Assembly (NCBI GenBank): GCA_036785375.1
Contig: JAWMAR010000868.1
Location: 124,001 to 188,000 of the forward strand
DNA from: Leucoraja ocellata
Taxonomy: Eukaryota
Length of the DNA: 64,000 nucleotides
Direction of reading: 5' to 3'
Each line of letters starts with the position of its first letter. The stretch's first letter is position 1. Shown one piece after another: positions 1 through 12,542 of the stretch. The notes under the pieces are model-generated. The model had not been told where the DNA came from. It ran no database searches and worked only from the letters and a program-made list of their open reading frames with translations. The position numbers and the translations under genes were made by a program.

Positions 1-1349
1 GGGAAAGGATGATTGATGGTAAAATACCCAAGCGGAATATGAGGCGCTGTTCTTGCAGTTTGCGTGTGGTCTCATTCTGGCAGTGGAGGTGGCCCAGGAC
101 GGAAAATCAGTATGGGGATGGGAATGGGGAATGGTTAAAATGGGAGGTAGTCTCCAAAAAATATTGGAGAACAAAGAACTGCAAACTTTTATCAGCCTGC
201 AACGTCACCTATCCAAGTTCTCCAGAGATGCTGCCTGACCCGCTGAGTTACTCCAACACCTTGTGTCTCTAAAAAACATTGTAGCCTCACGTGATGGTGG
301 TGTGAGGTAGTGTTTCTGTGACTGAACACAGACAGGATCGCAGAGAGCTGATCCAAGGACACAAGGTCAAATCCCATCATAGTAGCTGCAGCTATTTAAT
401 AACGTAAATAATTAATTAAGCTGGGGATATGAAACTCTAATCTCAGTACGATCCTCTAGGTTGCCATAAAAAGCATCTGATTCTCTGATGTCTTTCAAGA
501 GAGAAGTTTTGTCAACTGAATATGCCAGCTCCTAATTGGCCGCTCCGTTAAATATCTTGTTTTTCTCATTGGCAGTTGTGCCTTTCAATGCGGATATCAA
601 AGTAAACCACCCGGCCGCTGTTCTGCTCTGTTCCGCCTGCTGGTGTGAACCACTCCACCCCATTGGTTTACAGGGCGCTCTTTAAAACCTTCTTGCTGCT
701 GCTCCGCTCTGATACCCCTCGAAACGTGCTCATCTCATCTTCCATCAGGGTCGTCGCTGCCTCAAGAGTTTACGTTACAACTTTGCATCACATGCTACCT
801 CTCCCTGTCCATGTGGGGAAAGTTTCTGACGGTCATTCCACTCGTCTCTCTGTATATCGTCTGGTCTGGTTGACACGCCCCCATATCCTGGAATCACATC
901 GGCAACACATTACACAGCTTTGTAGACGAATGTTATAATCTGGTCTCCGAAAATGTTGTTAATCGCAAAGATGTTGTTCAACTGGAAAGTGAGCTGAGAC
1001 GATTTACCAGGATGTTGCCAGGACTCGAGTGCTTGAGCCATAGCGGGAGACTGAGAAGACGTGGACATTAAGCCTCGGAGCGCAGGAGGATAAGGGGTGA
1101 TTTTATGGAGGTGTACAGGATCATGAGAGGAGTAAATAGGATAGAGGAAGAGTTTTTTTTACCTAGTGTTGTGGAATCAAGACCCAGAGGACATAGGTTC
1201 CGGGGGGGGGGGGGGGGGGGGGGGAGATTTAATAGGAAGCCGAGGGCGACGTTGTGTACGCAAAGGGTGGCAGGTATATGGATTGAGCTGCTGGAGGAGG
1301 TCGTTGGGGGCAGGTAGCATCACTGAATTAAAAAACAAATTTGGACAGT

Positions 1350-2620
1350 CACATGAAGATAGACACAACACGCAGGAGAAACTCGGCGGGATAAGCAGCA
1401 TCTCTGGAGAGAAGGAATGGGTGACATTTTGGGTCCTTACCCTTCTTCAGCCTGAGAGCCAGGGGAGGGACTAGAGAAATGGAAGGGTATGGTGAGAAAA
1501 TGACACATCAAAGTAGATGTTTATCAATGAAATGTAGTTTGGTTCATTGTTGGCTGAGGTGAAGGTGACGACGAGGCATACAACCCGTAAAATTGATCAA
1601 GAGGACAGTGAAACTAGTCAGAGAACGAGGGTGGGGGAGGGACGGAGAGTGAGGGGGTAGCAAGGGTTACTTGGAGTTAGATAAATCAATATTCACACTA
1701 ATGGTTTGGTTACTGACCCAGCGAAATATGAGGTGCTGTTCCTCCAATTTGCGTTGGGCGTCACCGTGACAGTGGAGGAGGCCCAGGACAGAAAGGTCAA
1801 TGTAGGAATGGCAGGGGGAGTTAAAGGGTTTAGCAACCGGGAGATCGCGAAAGCCAATGTGGATTGAACAAAACGATCGCCTAGCCTGCGCTTAGTCTCG
1901 CCGATATATATGAGTCCACATCTGGAACAGCGGATACGGTAGATGAGGTTAGAGGAGGTGCAAGTGGGAGAACTCTGCCGCACCTGGGAGAACTATCGGG
2001 GTCCTTGGACGGAGTCGACGAAGGAGATATAGACACAAAGGTTGCATCTCCCGCGGTTGTAGGGGAAAGTACCTGGGGGATGGGGTGGTTTGGGTGGGGA
2101 GGGGTGGGTTAACCAGTGAGTTGCGGAGGGAACCGTCTCCGCGGATGGCGGAAAGGGGTGGGGACGGGAAGATGTGACTAGTGGTGGGATCCCGATGGAG
2201 GTGGCGCAAATATCGGAGGATTATGTGCTGTATGCGACGGCTGATGGAGTGATAGGTGAGGAGAACAGGAACTCTGTCCCTGTTACGACTCCCCCAGGCA
2301 GGGGGAGCAAGAGCACAGCTGTGGGATATCTAGATGACACGTGTGAGGGCCTCATCTATGATAGAAGAGGGGAACCCCCTCCCCCTTGTTCTTTGAAGGA
2401 AGCAAGGTGGGTTGAAATGTCGTCTCGATAGCTTTGGGAGTCAGTAGGTTTATTATGGATGTCATTCTATAGTCTATACATCTTGTGATGGAGACGATGA
2501 TCTTGTGATAGAGACGATGAGATCAAGAAACGGAAGGGATATATTGGAGATTGCCCAAGTGAATATGAATGCAGGATGGAAATTGGACGTGACGTTAATG
2601 TTCAGGTGCATGGATATGAT
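1350..2620 (-). mobile_element. Penelope-like retroelement, 3' part (GIY-YIG endonuclease)
   Basis: TCTSSNLIYRIRCSRCGLIYIGETKRRLGDRF; frameshifted. Duplicated at about 49190-50390. Confidence 0.85.
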
Positions 2621-2912
2621 GAATTTAGAGAGACCACACGTAGACCGGTGTGACGCGTGTCGAGGGGGTATGTTGGTCATCGTGGGCAAATTGGGCCGAT
2701 GGGTCTTGTGTCCACGCAGTAAAACTCCTTGACTACGTCTGTAATCGTGTTGCACCAACTACGTCTTCACACCGTCAGCGACATTCCCGTGGTATCGCGC
2801 ACAATTAACTGCTCGCTAAACGAATATCCGACGCTTTTGCTGACGTCTGAGTGTACAAGAGTTTGTGCAGCAGCTTGGAAACTGGAACCTGAAACTCATT
2901 TCACGGACAAAG

Positions 2913-3460
2913 TTCAAGTTCAAGTTAGTTTATTGTCATGTGTCCCTGTATAGGACAATGATATTCTTGCTTTGCTTAAGCACACAGAAAATAGTAGGCA
3001 TTTACTACAAAACAGATAAATGTGTCCATATCCCATGATATAAATATATACACACATGAATAAATAAACTGGTAAAATGCAAATAACAGAAAGTGGTTAT
3101 TAATAATCAGAATTTTGTCCGAGCCATGTTTAATAGCCTGATGGCTGCGGGGAAGTAGCTATTCCTGAACCTGGTTGTTGCAGTCTTCAGGCTCCTGTAC
3201 CTTCTACCTGAAGGTAGCAGGGAGATGAGTGTGTGGGCAGGATGGTGTGGGTCTTTGATGATACTGCCAGCCTTTTTGAGGCAGCGACTGCGGTAAATCC
3301 CCTCGATGGAAGCAAGATCAGAGCCGATGATGGACTGGGCAGTGTTTACTACTTTTTGTAGTCTTTTCCTCTCCAGGGCGCTCAAATTGCCGAACCAAGC
3401 CACGATGCAACCGGTCAGTATGCGGCAGGTGTCGATACAGACATACATCCTGAATAGTGC
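2913..3460 (-). mobile_element. Rex1/Babar-type LINE 3' end
   Basis: ILTGCIVAWFGN...RCLKKAGSIIKDPHHP...LPSGRRYRSL...FPAAIRLLN with an (AACTTG)n tail. Absent from duplication copy B. Confidence 0.85.
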
Positions 3461-4822
3461 ATTCAAATGCATTTAGGGAGTATCCGAAATAGCAGACTTA
3501 ATACTATAAAATCCACTAGGATAACAAATAGAAAATCACCATCGTCGGTTCTCCATTGTTATGTGGTTTGCACGCTACCCAGAATTGAAGTTCCGCAGTG
3601 ACCCGCAGGTTCTTCAGAACAAAGACAAATTGCTGGAAGAGCTCAGGCTTGGGATCGACCCGAAACATAACCAATTCCCCCGTAGATGTTGGCAATCTCA
3701 ATTCAATTGGTAAGAAAGGGAAAAAAATGTGAAAGAATGTATCCGTTTATTGTAAAATAAAACACTGCTTTCACTGTTATCCATTGAGGGCAGCAGTGCC
3801 AATATTACACTGCCTGGCATTTCTATAAATGCAGTTCCATATCGTGTGTGGATATTAGTTAATCTGAGCTCTGTCAGTACATTATTGTGTAATTTGTTGG
3901 TTAGATAATAGAGAACTGGAGCCCGAAAACAGTGTTAAGAAGATTTCCGAGAATGTTCCCATGACTGGAAGGTCTGAGTATATGGAAAGGTTGGGCTGGC
4001 CAGGACTTCATTCCTTGGAGCGTAGCACAATGTGAGTTTACAGAGATGTATAATATATGAAAAATTAGGCGACAGAGGTTGAAGGTGAGAGGGTAATATT
4101 ATAACTTGACATGATGGTCAACTATTCACACCGAGTCTGATGTGGACGAGCTGCCCGTGAAAGTTGTCACGGCACATACAATTACAGTATTAAATAAAAT
4201 GTTGACAGGTACATGTGTTTGAATGGTTTAGAGGAATATTGGCCGGACGTGCACACACATGGCGAGTTTAGATGTGTATCTTGGTCGGTATTGTTGACCT
4301 GGACATTCTTTTGTAATATTACTCTATGGATTAAACCATCACATCGCAGGAATATTACACCTTATACAAAAACATACAGTAACTGCAGCAACTACAGTCT
4401 AGGACTATTACAGATCCAGAACAAGTTCCAGAAGTTTACACTCATAAAGGATTTTTCCCTTTGCGAACGGACAGATAATCAGCAGACGTGGCTGTTTGCT
4501 CAAAGTCACACAGTGAGGGTACAATTTAGCGAGAGCAGGTGTTTCTGTCTTAATTTACACTGTGTATTATTCGATTAATAACACTATGAAAGTACTTCCA
4601 GAAACCATCAACGAATTCCTCGGATTCATCTCATGCAAAATCTATATAGAACTTGCAAAAGGCAAAGGTGAATCCTCATAAATACACGTCTATCGTCATC
4701 TGTGGTCACATTGGCAATCCGCACATTTCAGTAGCTGCCTCGTAACTTCACCACAAGGCTCAACTAGAAGAGGGCGCTCTAGGGCTGTCTAACGTTTTGG
4801 ACCAAGCAGGAAGGTGAATTAA

Positions 4823-5351
4823 CCATATAACATATAACAATTACAGCACGGAAACTGGCCATCTCGGCCCTACAAGTCCGTGCCGAACAAATTTTTTTCC
4901 CCCTTAGTCCCACCTGCCTGCACTCATACCATAACCCTCCATTCCCTTCTCATTCATATGCCTATCCAATTTATTTTTAAATGATACCAATGAACCTGCC
5001 TCCACCACTTCCACTGGAAGCTCATTCCACTCTCTGAGTAAAGAAGTTCCCCCTCATATTACCCCTAAACTTCTGTCCCTTAATTCTGAAGTCATGTCCT
5101 CTTGTTTGAATCTTCCCTATTCTCAAAGGGAAAAGCTTGTCCACATCAACTCTGTCTATCCCTCTCATCATTTTAAAGACCTCTATCAAGTCCCCCCTTA
5201 ACCTTCTGCGCTCCAGAGAATAAAGACCTAACTTATTCAACCTCTCTCTGTAACTTAGTTGTTGAAACCCAGGCAACATTCTAGTAAATCTCCTCTGTAC
5301 TCTCTCTATTTTGTTGACATCCTTCCTATAATTGGGCGACCAAAATTGTAC
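4823..5351 (-). mobile_element. CR1 LINE 3' fragment
   Basis: LSYRERLNKLGLYSLERRRLRGDLIEVFK...FFTQRV. Confidence 0.9.
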
Positions 5352-6224
5352 ATTAAGGTTTAAAGGAATTTAGAATTAAGGTGATCGCATTGATAACCAA
5401 TTTGATTACTGATCAATGACTTTTAAATGACATGAGATTTCATCTTTTGTATAATCTCCTTTATTAAAATAGTTATGTTTCGAACATAACACAAAAAACA
5501 TGGGACAATGCAGCACAAAAACTGACCTGTCGGACCACACGTTCTGTGCCAAAACATGATGTCAGGCCAAACTCTTATCTGCCTGCACATAACCCATATC
5601 CCACCATTCCCCGCATATCCATGTGCCTATCCAAAAAGCACTTCACCGCCATTATCGTATTTGCCTCCACCAACACATATGACAGCCCGTTCCAAGCTCA
5701 CCATCCTCCGTGTAAAAAAATACTCCTCCCTTAAAAATTGCCACTCTCATCTTCAAACTATGTCCTTAAGTCTTTTACATTTCCGCATTGAGGAAAAGGA
5801 TCGGACGCTCCACCCTATCTAAGCCTCACATAGATTTGCCTAACATACGATCACAAACAACAGAGCGGTGTGTGGACAACAGATGGTGAGACACTTGTGG
5901 GGAGATATTCAACTTTAGCAGGGACTTTCATGGAGAAAACGTGAAACTGGTCCCAGTGGGAGTTGAGCAAACAGATAAAACAGATGTGGGGTGATTCCTA
6001 AAAAATCCAGAGGGGAGGCGAGATTTTCTTCACCCCCAGGGAGCGCTATGTTCTGGAATTTGCTCACTGATAGTCCTGTGAATGGATAATTAACAAAGGC
6101 TCTCGAAAGAGCATTGACTACATGTTAATTTGATATAATGAAACACATTGAAGTATGGTCCAGCTGAGGCACAGGTGAGAGAGGGCAGAGAAACGCGGGT
6201 GTGGGGGAGAATGGTGAGCGAGTG

Positions 6225-7115
6225 GTAGTTACCTAATATTGGAAAATTCAATGTTCATACCGCTGGGTTGGAAGCTACCCAAGCGAATATGTGGGTTGTT
6301 CTTTCAGTTTGCATGACACCTCACTCTGGCTATTGAGGAGGACCAGGACAGAAACGTTTATGTTGGAACATGAAGGAGGTTAAAATGGTTAATCACCGCG
6401 AGATCCAGTAGGCCTTGGAGGATTGAGAGAAGTTGTCCGGAAAACAGTGGGCAAGACTCTGCTTGGTAAAGTTGATGTACAGGAGTTGGCATCGAGAACA
6501 CCGGATACAGTAGGTGAGGTTAGAGGAGGTGCACTTGAACATCTGTATTATCTGGGAGGACTGATGGGGTCCCTGGATGAAGGCAAGCGAGGAGATATAG
6601 GCACAGGTATTACATCTCCTGCGTTGCAGCAGAACGTACTTGGAGAGGGGCAGGTTTGGGTGGGGAGGGAGTGTGAATGGAGGTTGTGTGGAGGGAGAGG
6701 TCTCTGCGACCAGCAACATGGAGTGGAAATGGGATGATGTAACTGTGGAGAGAACGCATTGGAGGTGACGGAAATGTCGATGATGCGTTGGTTGCGGAGG
6801 CTGGTGGGGAGAAAGGGGAGAATCATGGGAACTCTAACCTGGTTCCATCTGGAGGAAGAGGAGACGAGAACAGAAATACGGACTACGAAGGAGACGCCGA
6901 TGAGGAATCCATCCATGACAGCACGTGTAGGGAGGGGGGAGGGTGTGGACAATTACCACATCTCGGATGCCCTAGAATGGAAAGGCTCATCTTGGGAGCA
7001 GATGCGACTGAGACGGCGGAATTGAGAGCAGGATCTGGCGTCTTTGACAGTGGTGGAGTGGGAGGAAATGTGGAATAGATTACTGTGGGAGTCAGCAGGT
7101 TTGCAGAACACATAC
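6225..7115 (-). mobile_element. Penelope-like retroelement fragment
   Basis: FKCTSSNLTYCIRCSRCQLLYI GIY-YIG relic, similar to the 1.4-2.6 kb copy. Confidence 0.8.
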
Positions 7116-7649
7116 GTTTGGCCTTATTTTACTCTCCCTATATGACCACTTGGTTACCGGTTTCATGATTTCCCAATTACCCCCTTGATGCCTATTTCCA
7201 TGTACTTACTGATGAGAATTGGATTTTGCAAATTCAAAGTAAATCGTATAATCTGATTTATTATCCAATGTACATTTATCACCCTGGTCTTGATGATGTT
7301 TCCCGCTCATTACTAAGCTTTCACAATTAGACTTATGTTCTGCAATGTCTAGCCTGTGTCTTTAGCTCACATCTTGAGACCACGGGCAATCAACGTGGTG
7401 CTTTGTTTTAGTGTCTATGGGATTTGTATGTATGCTCGGACAAAATATGAACACATTAATATCGAATTCCACCTGAAGTATTTATTATGCTTGTTCAATT
7501 CTTACATTGAGCGAGATTGAAACAGTTCATTACGACACCAAAGCAAGGTAAAGCATGATAAGAACAAAGTAACATTCATTTTAACCTGCACAATCTTAAG
7601 CATTTACATGGAATGTATAAAAACGCTTACAAATTCAAATTAACACGCG

Positions 7650-7655
7650 TTTATT
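7650..7655 (-). terminator. Candidate polyadenylation signal AATAAA
   Basis: About 255 nt after the stop codon; a second AATAAA lies at 7486-7481. Confidence 0.45.
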
Positions 7656-7910
7656 GATTAGGAAAAAAAAGATATTTCTTCCAGAAGAAGAATGACGATT
7701 AAATATGTTTTTCTACACCTGTCCAGAGAGCAGAGAACATGTTTTCTTCCAAGGGCAAAATATCAAACCAAGTGGTTTAAAATTAAGTCAAAGATTCTGC
7801 TTGTGATAAGTTGGTGAGTGATATCAATGCTGTGAAGATCTGCTTGTCGATCTTGCAGGAAAGGTGAAAGGCACGTGCTGTCTGATGAAACGCCGAGCGT
7901 TTTCACCATT

Positions 7911-7951
7911 TTAAGCCAGGCTTTGGAAACAAGGTATCATGCTAGATTCAC
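7911..7951 (-). CDS. Terminal coding exon GESSMIPCFQSLA*
   Basis: Strong acceptor gctttgttttctttcccag|, phase 1, TAA at 7913-7911. Confidence 0.65.
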
Positions 7952-8895
7952 CTGGGAAAGAAAACAAAGCAAATATTATTGGGCCAGCTAAAATCAAGAT
8001 ATAACATGAATTAAAAAATGATTTTCGTAAAATTCGAGTCATGGAGTCATACAGCCCTGAAACAAGATATTTGACTTAACTCGTCAATTCCAACCAAAGA
8101 TCCCACCTTAGCTGCTCCCACTTGCCCACGTTTGGCTCATACCCATTTAACCTAACCTGCCCATGTACCTGTCCAAGTATTGTTTAGAAGCGGTTACATT
8201 GCCAGTCTCAACTACCCCCAGCTCGTTCCACGTATCGTCAACCATCTGAAATAAAAGTTTGCCCTGTCACCTTAAATCTACCACTCTCCCTTAAACCTAT
8301 GTACAGTAATCCTTGATATCCTTCCTCTAGCTAAAAGGCACTGTACATTTGCCCTATCCGGTCCCCTCATCATCTTATACACCGCTATTAAATAACCCTC
8401 AGCCTCGTACGCTCCAAGGCACAATGCCCTAACCTGGCCAGCCTTTCCCTTGATCTCAGCCGCTCAATCTTGCCAATACCCGTGCAAATCGTCTCTGCCC
8501 TCTTTTCAATTTAATGACATGCTTCGTGTAGCAGGACGACCAAAATTTGGACGGAATGAGGGCCGTGCATCAGAATAGCCAGCAGTGCGGTTTTTATGTA
8601 CAACATTTCTTTTTTTTGGTAAAAAGGGGATTTTGTGTGTTGTGTGCAGTGACTAGAACTCGTGTCTGTTGGAGGCTCCACCCCCCCAACCCCCACCCCC
8701 CCATATGGTTCACATTGCAGTTGTGAATGACACGTTGTTCGAGTAAGAACAAAACCGTCCGTGGGCAACTTTCTCTGAACATTTCTTTTCTTTTAGCAAA
8801 TAATATTTAAAGCAGGAAAGTGAATATAAAACAACGCAGTGGGTAGAATATTTAGCTGAGGATTGGTGATTCTGGCATGTCATAGACCGACTCAC

Positions 8896-9027
8896 CACCA
8901 ATGTCCACGTCACCGCCGGCAACTGTTAGCATCAGAAGGTCATCGGCGCCACCGTCCGTCGGGAACTGACCGCCCGGACAATCAATGGCTTTACTCTCAG
9001 GATCGTCATGGTCACCAGGAACTAGAT
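8896..9027 (-). CDS. Cytoplasmic exon 3
   Basis: DLVPGDHDDPESKAIDCPGGQFPTDGGADDLLMLTVAGGDVDIG; 132 nt, cttcctcctag| acceptor and G|GTGAGT donor. Confidence 0.75.
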
Positions 9028-9547
9028 CTAGGAGGAAGTATAAACCGGAATGATCTTCCTGAAAATCTAAATTGTTTTGTAAGCTGCAAGGGATGTGAAA
9101 TAAACACAGAATATTGGAGTAACTCAGCGGGACAGGCAGCATCTCTGGATAGAAGTAATTGGTGACGTTTAGAGTCGAGACCCTTCTTCAGACTGAGATG
9201 TTGTTGTGTAATTGGTATCTGGACGGAGAGAGGACTGTGTTGGGCCTGTGAACTATTTAACGTTGCTCCAATCCGGCGCTATAATTGGTGTTATAGTTCA
9301 AGTCCTATCCACATTGAGAATATAAACACACAATGAATGTTTCATTCAATTACACAGCTGGCGGTCGAGAGGTTTATCTTCAAGGTCAAATTGATGATGT
9401 TTTATATAGAAACCCCTTACAGGTCCCTGAGATCGCCTCTCTACCATTTCACAGCGAACATGCTTTTACACCTTTTCCCTGATATGTTCTGATTACGAAC
9501 AAAATGAATTAAAATAGGAGAAAATGGGAAGCAAAACATGCACCAAT

Positions 9548-9658
9548 CTCGAACACTGGGGGAGGTTCCTTCAGGGAGTTCGCTTGTTGAATGAGCACAA
9601 CCCAGAGGGTCACTGGTGTAATATTCTATTTGATTCATGGAATCAATGGATCCAGAGA
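9548..9658 (-). CDS. Cytoplasmic exon 2
   Basis: (I)SGSIDSMNQIEYYTSDPLGCAHSTSELPEGTSPSVR; acceptor gacttctag|. The expected phase-1 donor reads G|ATTGGT rather than GT, so the 3' boundary is uncertain. Confidence 0.65.
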
Positions 9659-9829
9659 CTAGAAGTCAACGACAGAGATAGTTATTAGACATCGGGCTAA
9701 ATTGGGCATTGGAGCAGAAGACACACATTATTCTGTTTCTGATATCTGTTCGTTTCCATTCGAAATATTGCTGACATATTAAAACAAAACAAAAGCGCAT
9801 TCGGTAAATATCATGAACATGTCAGTCAC

Positions 9830-11300
9830 CAGTTGTGGAGAAGAAGCAAATATCCTTCACAGAGCTCATCATTTCCGGTATCTACCCACCAGAGCCTGGA
9901 AACTGATAGACACAAAGTTTCCACTGCCCGCTTCTATCCCCCACCCTAATGCCATAAACAGGACTGTGCTAATGGGAGTTTTTCTTCCAACTCCTTTTGT
10001 CCCATTGTTTAACCTCGTTGCTTAAATGTCCCTCGACCTCATTGCCAATCGTGTCTACTTACATCTGCACACCTCAGATGCTCCCCACAACTTTTACACC
10101 TTCCAATCTGTGTGGCTCACTACTCCTCATGTGTTCTATCCAGGAACAGTCCCTTCCCATCACAAAGGTTTCTGGACAATTGCTTTCGTCCCAGAGCAGT
10201 GACCCAACGACTTCAGTGCAGCTACCAGTCTCCTCTGCCTGGTGGAACTTGTCTTCTTTGGATGCCCTCGAGTTCTACAAATCAAATGAGTAGCCATGGA
10301 CAATCTCATGGGCCCCATCTAATCATGTCCATCTATCGGCTTCATTCAACACACTTTTTTTGGAAAAGCACCCTGGCCATGGATTTGAGGCTGACTCCAG
10401 AATGGTGCAGATTCCTTGACTCGATCTATCTTCACAAGATCCACCTTGTACATCCCCCTCCCACTAACCACACGTGATGCAACACCTAGTATTACACCTG
10501 CTCCTTTATCTCCATTCAGGGACCTAAACGTCAGTCTCCATTATTCCATTCCATGCTCTCGATGTACCCTCCTTTACCCACGTGATGCCAAATGCAGACG
10601 AGGCAACCAGATTCTGTCCGCCAGGGACAGCTGGATTTCAATTCCATTCCTCATTCCCATTCGCCCTCTCTGTTCTCTGCCTCTTACATTGCCAGATTGA
10701 GTTTACATGCAAGCTGGAAGAGCAGCACTTCAGGTAACGCTGACAATCCGATGGTGTAAATATTTAATTCTCCAATTGTCACCCCACTTCTCTCTCCTGA
10801 TAATCAACCCTGACTCTCTCAAACACAACATTCTCTCCACTGAGCCTGTCCCTCGCTTCCCATTTCCTGTCCTCATCTCCACCATCTCCATCAGCTCATA
10901 ACCGATCCCTATCTGCACAGGGTCCACAATTTCCATCCCATTTTTCCCACCTACCCGCCATTATTCCCAAGGTTTCTATATTTCATTTGTTGACTTTTTT
11001 TTCTTATCAGATTCCACCATCTGGAGCTCCTTGTCCTCCCTACAATCACCTCCAACCGTTGTGGTCACCTCCACTCTTCATCCGTCTCCCAAATGGACGC
11101 GTCTACAATTCCACCCCTCGTTACATACATCCACCTGTCATCTACCAGAAACTTGTGCAGCATTTCCTCTCGCCACTTTCTATCAACCATCTCCGCTCTA
11201 CTCCAGACATGAAGAAGGGTACGGACACAAACGGTCATCTGTACATTTTCCTTCATAGATTCTGCCCGACCCACTGCGTTGCTCCAACAGTTTGCTTGTG
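9830..11300 (+). mobile_element. Highly degenerate Penelope-like element in an SRCR intron
   Basis: Patchy similarity to the other copies (ccatgctctcgatgtaccctcctttac; aagctggaagagcagcac) ending in the shared terminal repeat. Confidence 0.55.
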
Positions 11301-11404
11301 TCCGATGTATCTGTTACAATGTTTTTATTTTTACTCAATGACCATTAATTGGAGTGGAGGGGATATTTATCGCTGAAGAGCGACTGTCGAGTGCAAATAC
11401 TCAC

Positions 11405-11506
11405 TTGAATCATCCATCTGACTGAACTTGTTTCCAGGAAGAGTATCGTCAATCTCTTCATAAATTGCTTCGTAAAAGCCAAATCCTCTGGCTCTCAACT
11501 CTGCAT
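11405..11506 (-). CDS. Cytoplasmic exon 1 with YEAIYEEI motif
   Basis: DAELRARGFGFYEAIYEEIDDTLPGNKFSQMDDS; 102 nt, cctttaaacag| acceptor and A|GTGAGT donor. Confidence 0.88.
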
Positions 11507-12018
11507 CTGTTTAAAGGAGAGTGTGGGTTAACTTGTGGATTTACAGCAATAGTATTTAACAGTTAGTATTTTGTGTATAACATGTAAACATTATGCATTG
11601 ATGCTATTCAAGGTAAAATGTTGATGAACGTTACCATTGAAGAATTACGCTAGAGGTCTAACGGCTTCTTGCAGAAATTAGCGAATTCTACGAACATCAA
11701 GAAGATCACAGCTAGTGTGCATTAGTAGGATGCAATTCCTCATTTATATTCCGCCACGACAATGCTGTTCAAAGCCTGATTGCATTCCCAAATACATACG
11801 GATGGTACAAGTGTGGCACTGGGTGATCAGGAGTTGAAATTTCCACAGTTTGTCAATTTAGGAAATGGAAGACAGATTGTGTTGCATCAAATAAATGGAA
11901 GGAGATGGGGAATAAAGTATTGCAGGAGCATAGAATGTGAGGAAAGAGCAAGCTTGAGATGTGGTGGATAGAATCTAATCAGAATGTTCGCATTGAACAG
12001 GATGTTGAATGGAATGTT

Positions 12019-12159
12019 CTTCTTCTTCTTGCGTATGGTGTGCACAGCCTAAAGTTGTCGGACAACTTGTTCTATTTGATCTTATATGATTGTGCACGCC
12101 AGGTTGATTGCATTCGTCGATACAGGGCGGACAGAGTGAAGGTTGCAATCTCCCACCCC
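12019..12159 (-). mobile_element. 141-bp non-autonomous retroelement (Ingi/Vingi-like bipartite) with 11-bp TSD
   Basis: TSD aatggaatgtt at 12008-12018 and 12160-12170. The 5' end is GGGGTGG and the 3' end is CCATACGC(AAG)4. The clade assignment is inference. Confidence 0.8.
12106..12159 (-). ncRNA. Minimal HDV-like self-cleaving ribozyme (this copy has two core substitutions)
   Basis: P1 GGGGUGG/CCGCCCU with G1-U wobble, P2 GAUUGCA/UGCAAUC, P3 ACC/UGU, 7-nt L3 UUCACUC, J4/2 C-GAA. Confidence 0.75.
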
Positions 12160-12410
12160 AATGGAATGTTGAACATCAGTCAAGTGAACAATAGATGGAG
12201 GAACCCAAACAATAATCACATTTAACATTCCATGCTATTACGACAAATTGCTCTTTCCAATAGGAACCATGGAATACCCACACGATGCTGCACAGTTGCA
12301 TTTGTTGCTCAAATTGCAAGAAATAAAAGAGCACATGGAAAAGCGAATGAAAGTCTCTTCACGCTATGAAATATTGTCTGGAATAATAACGCTGTAACGT
12401 TGAACCTCAC

Positions 12411-12542
12411 CTCTTCTTGCTGATTGCCTCCGAGCTATTATCACCAGTGCGACAAGTTCAGCGATGAGTAGGATTCCCAGAGTTGTGCAAACCACAACAG
12501 CCGTGGAGGGCGGCTTCTTTCTGAACTCTGAAATTGAAATCC
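12411..12542 (-). CDS. Transmembrane exon
   Basis: GISISEFRKKPPSTAVVVCTTLGILLIAELVALVIIARRQSARR: hydrophobic span followed by basic stop-transfer residues. Acceptor ttttccgtttatccag| (in-frame alternative at 12527); donor G|GTGAGG. Confidence 0.88.

Larger units (their letters stand above)
1..4494 (+). repeat. Segmental duplication, copy A (3' flank of the SRCR gene)
   Basis: Collinear and highly similar to 47841-54825; the ORF track shows near-identical translations. Confidence 0.97.

Noticed and set aside
645-938. 97-aa ORF preserved in both duplicate copies
   Set aside because: Preservation is explained by the recent duplication. It has a GTG start, no recognisable domain and no convincing splice structure.
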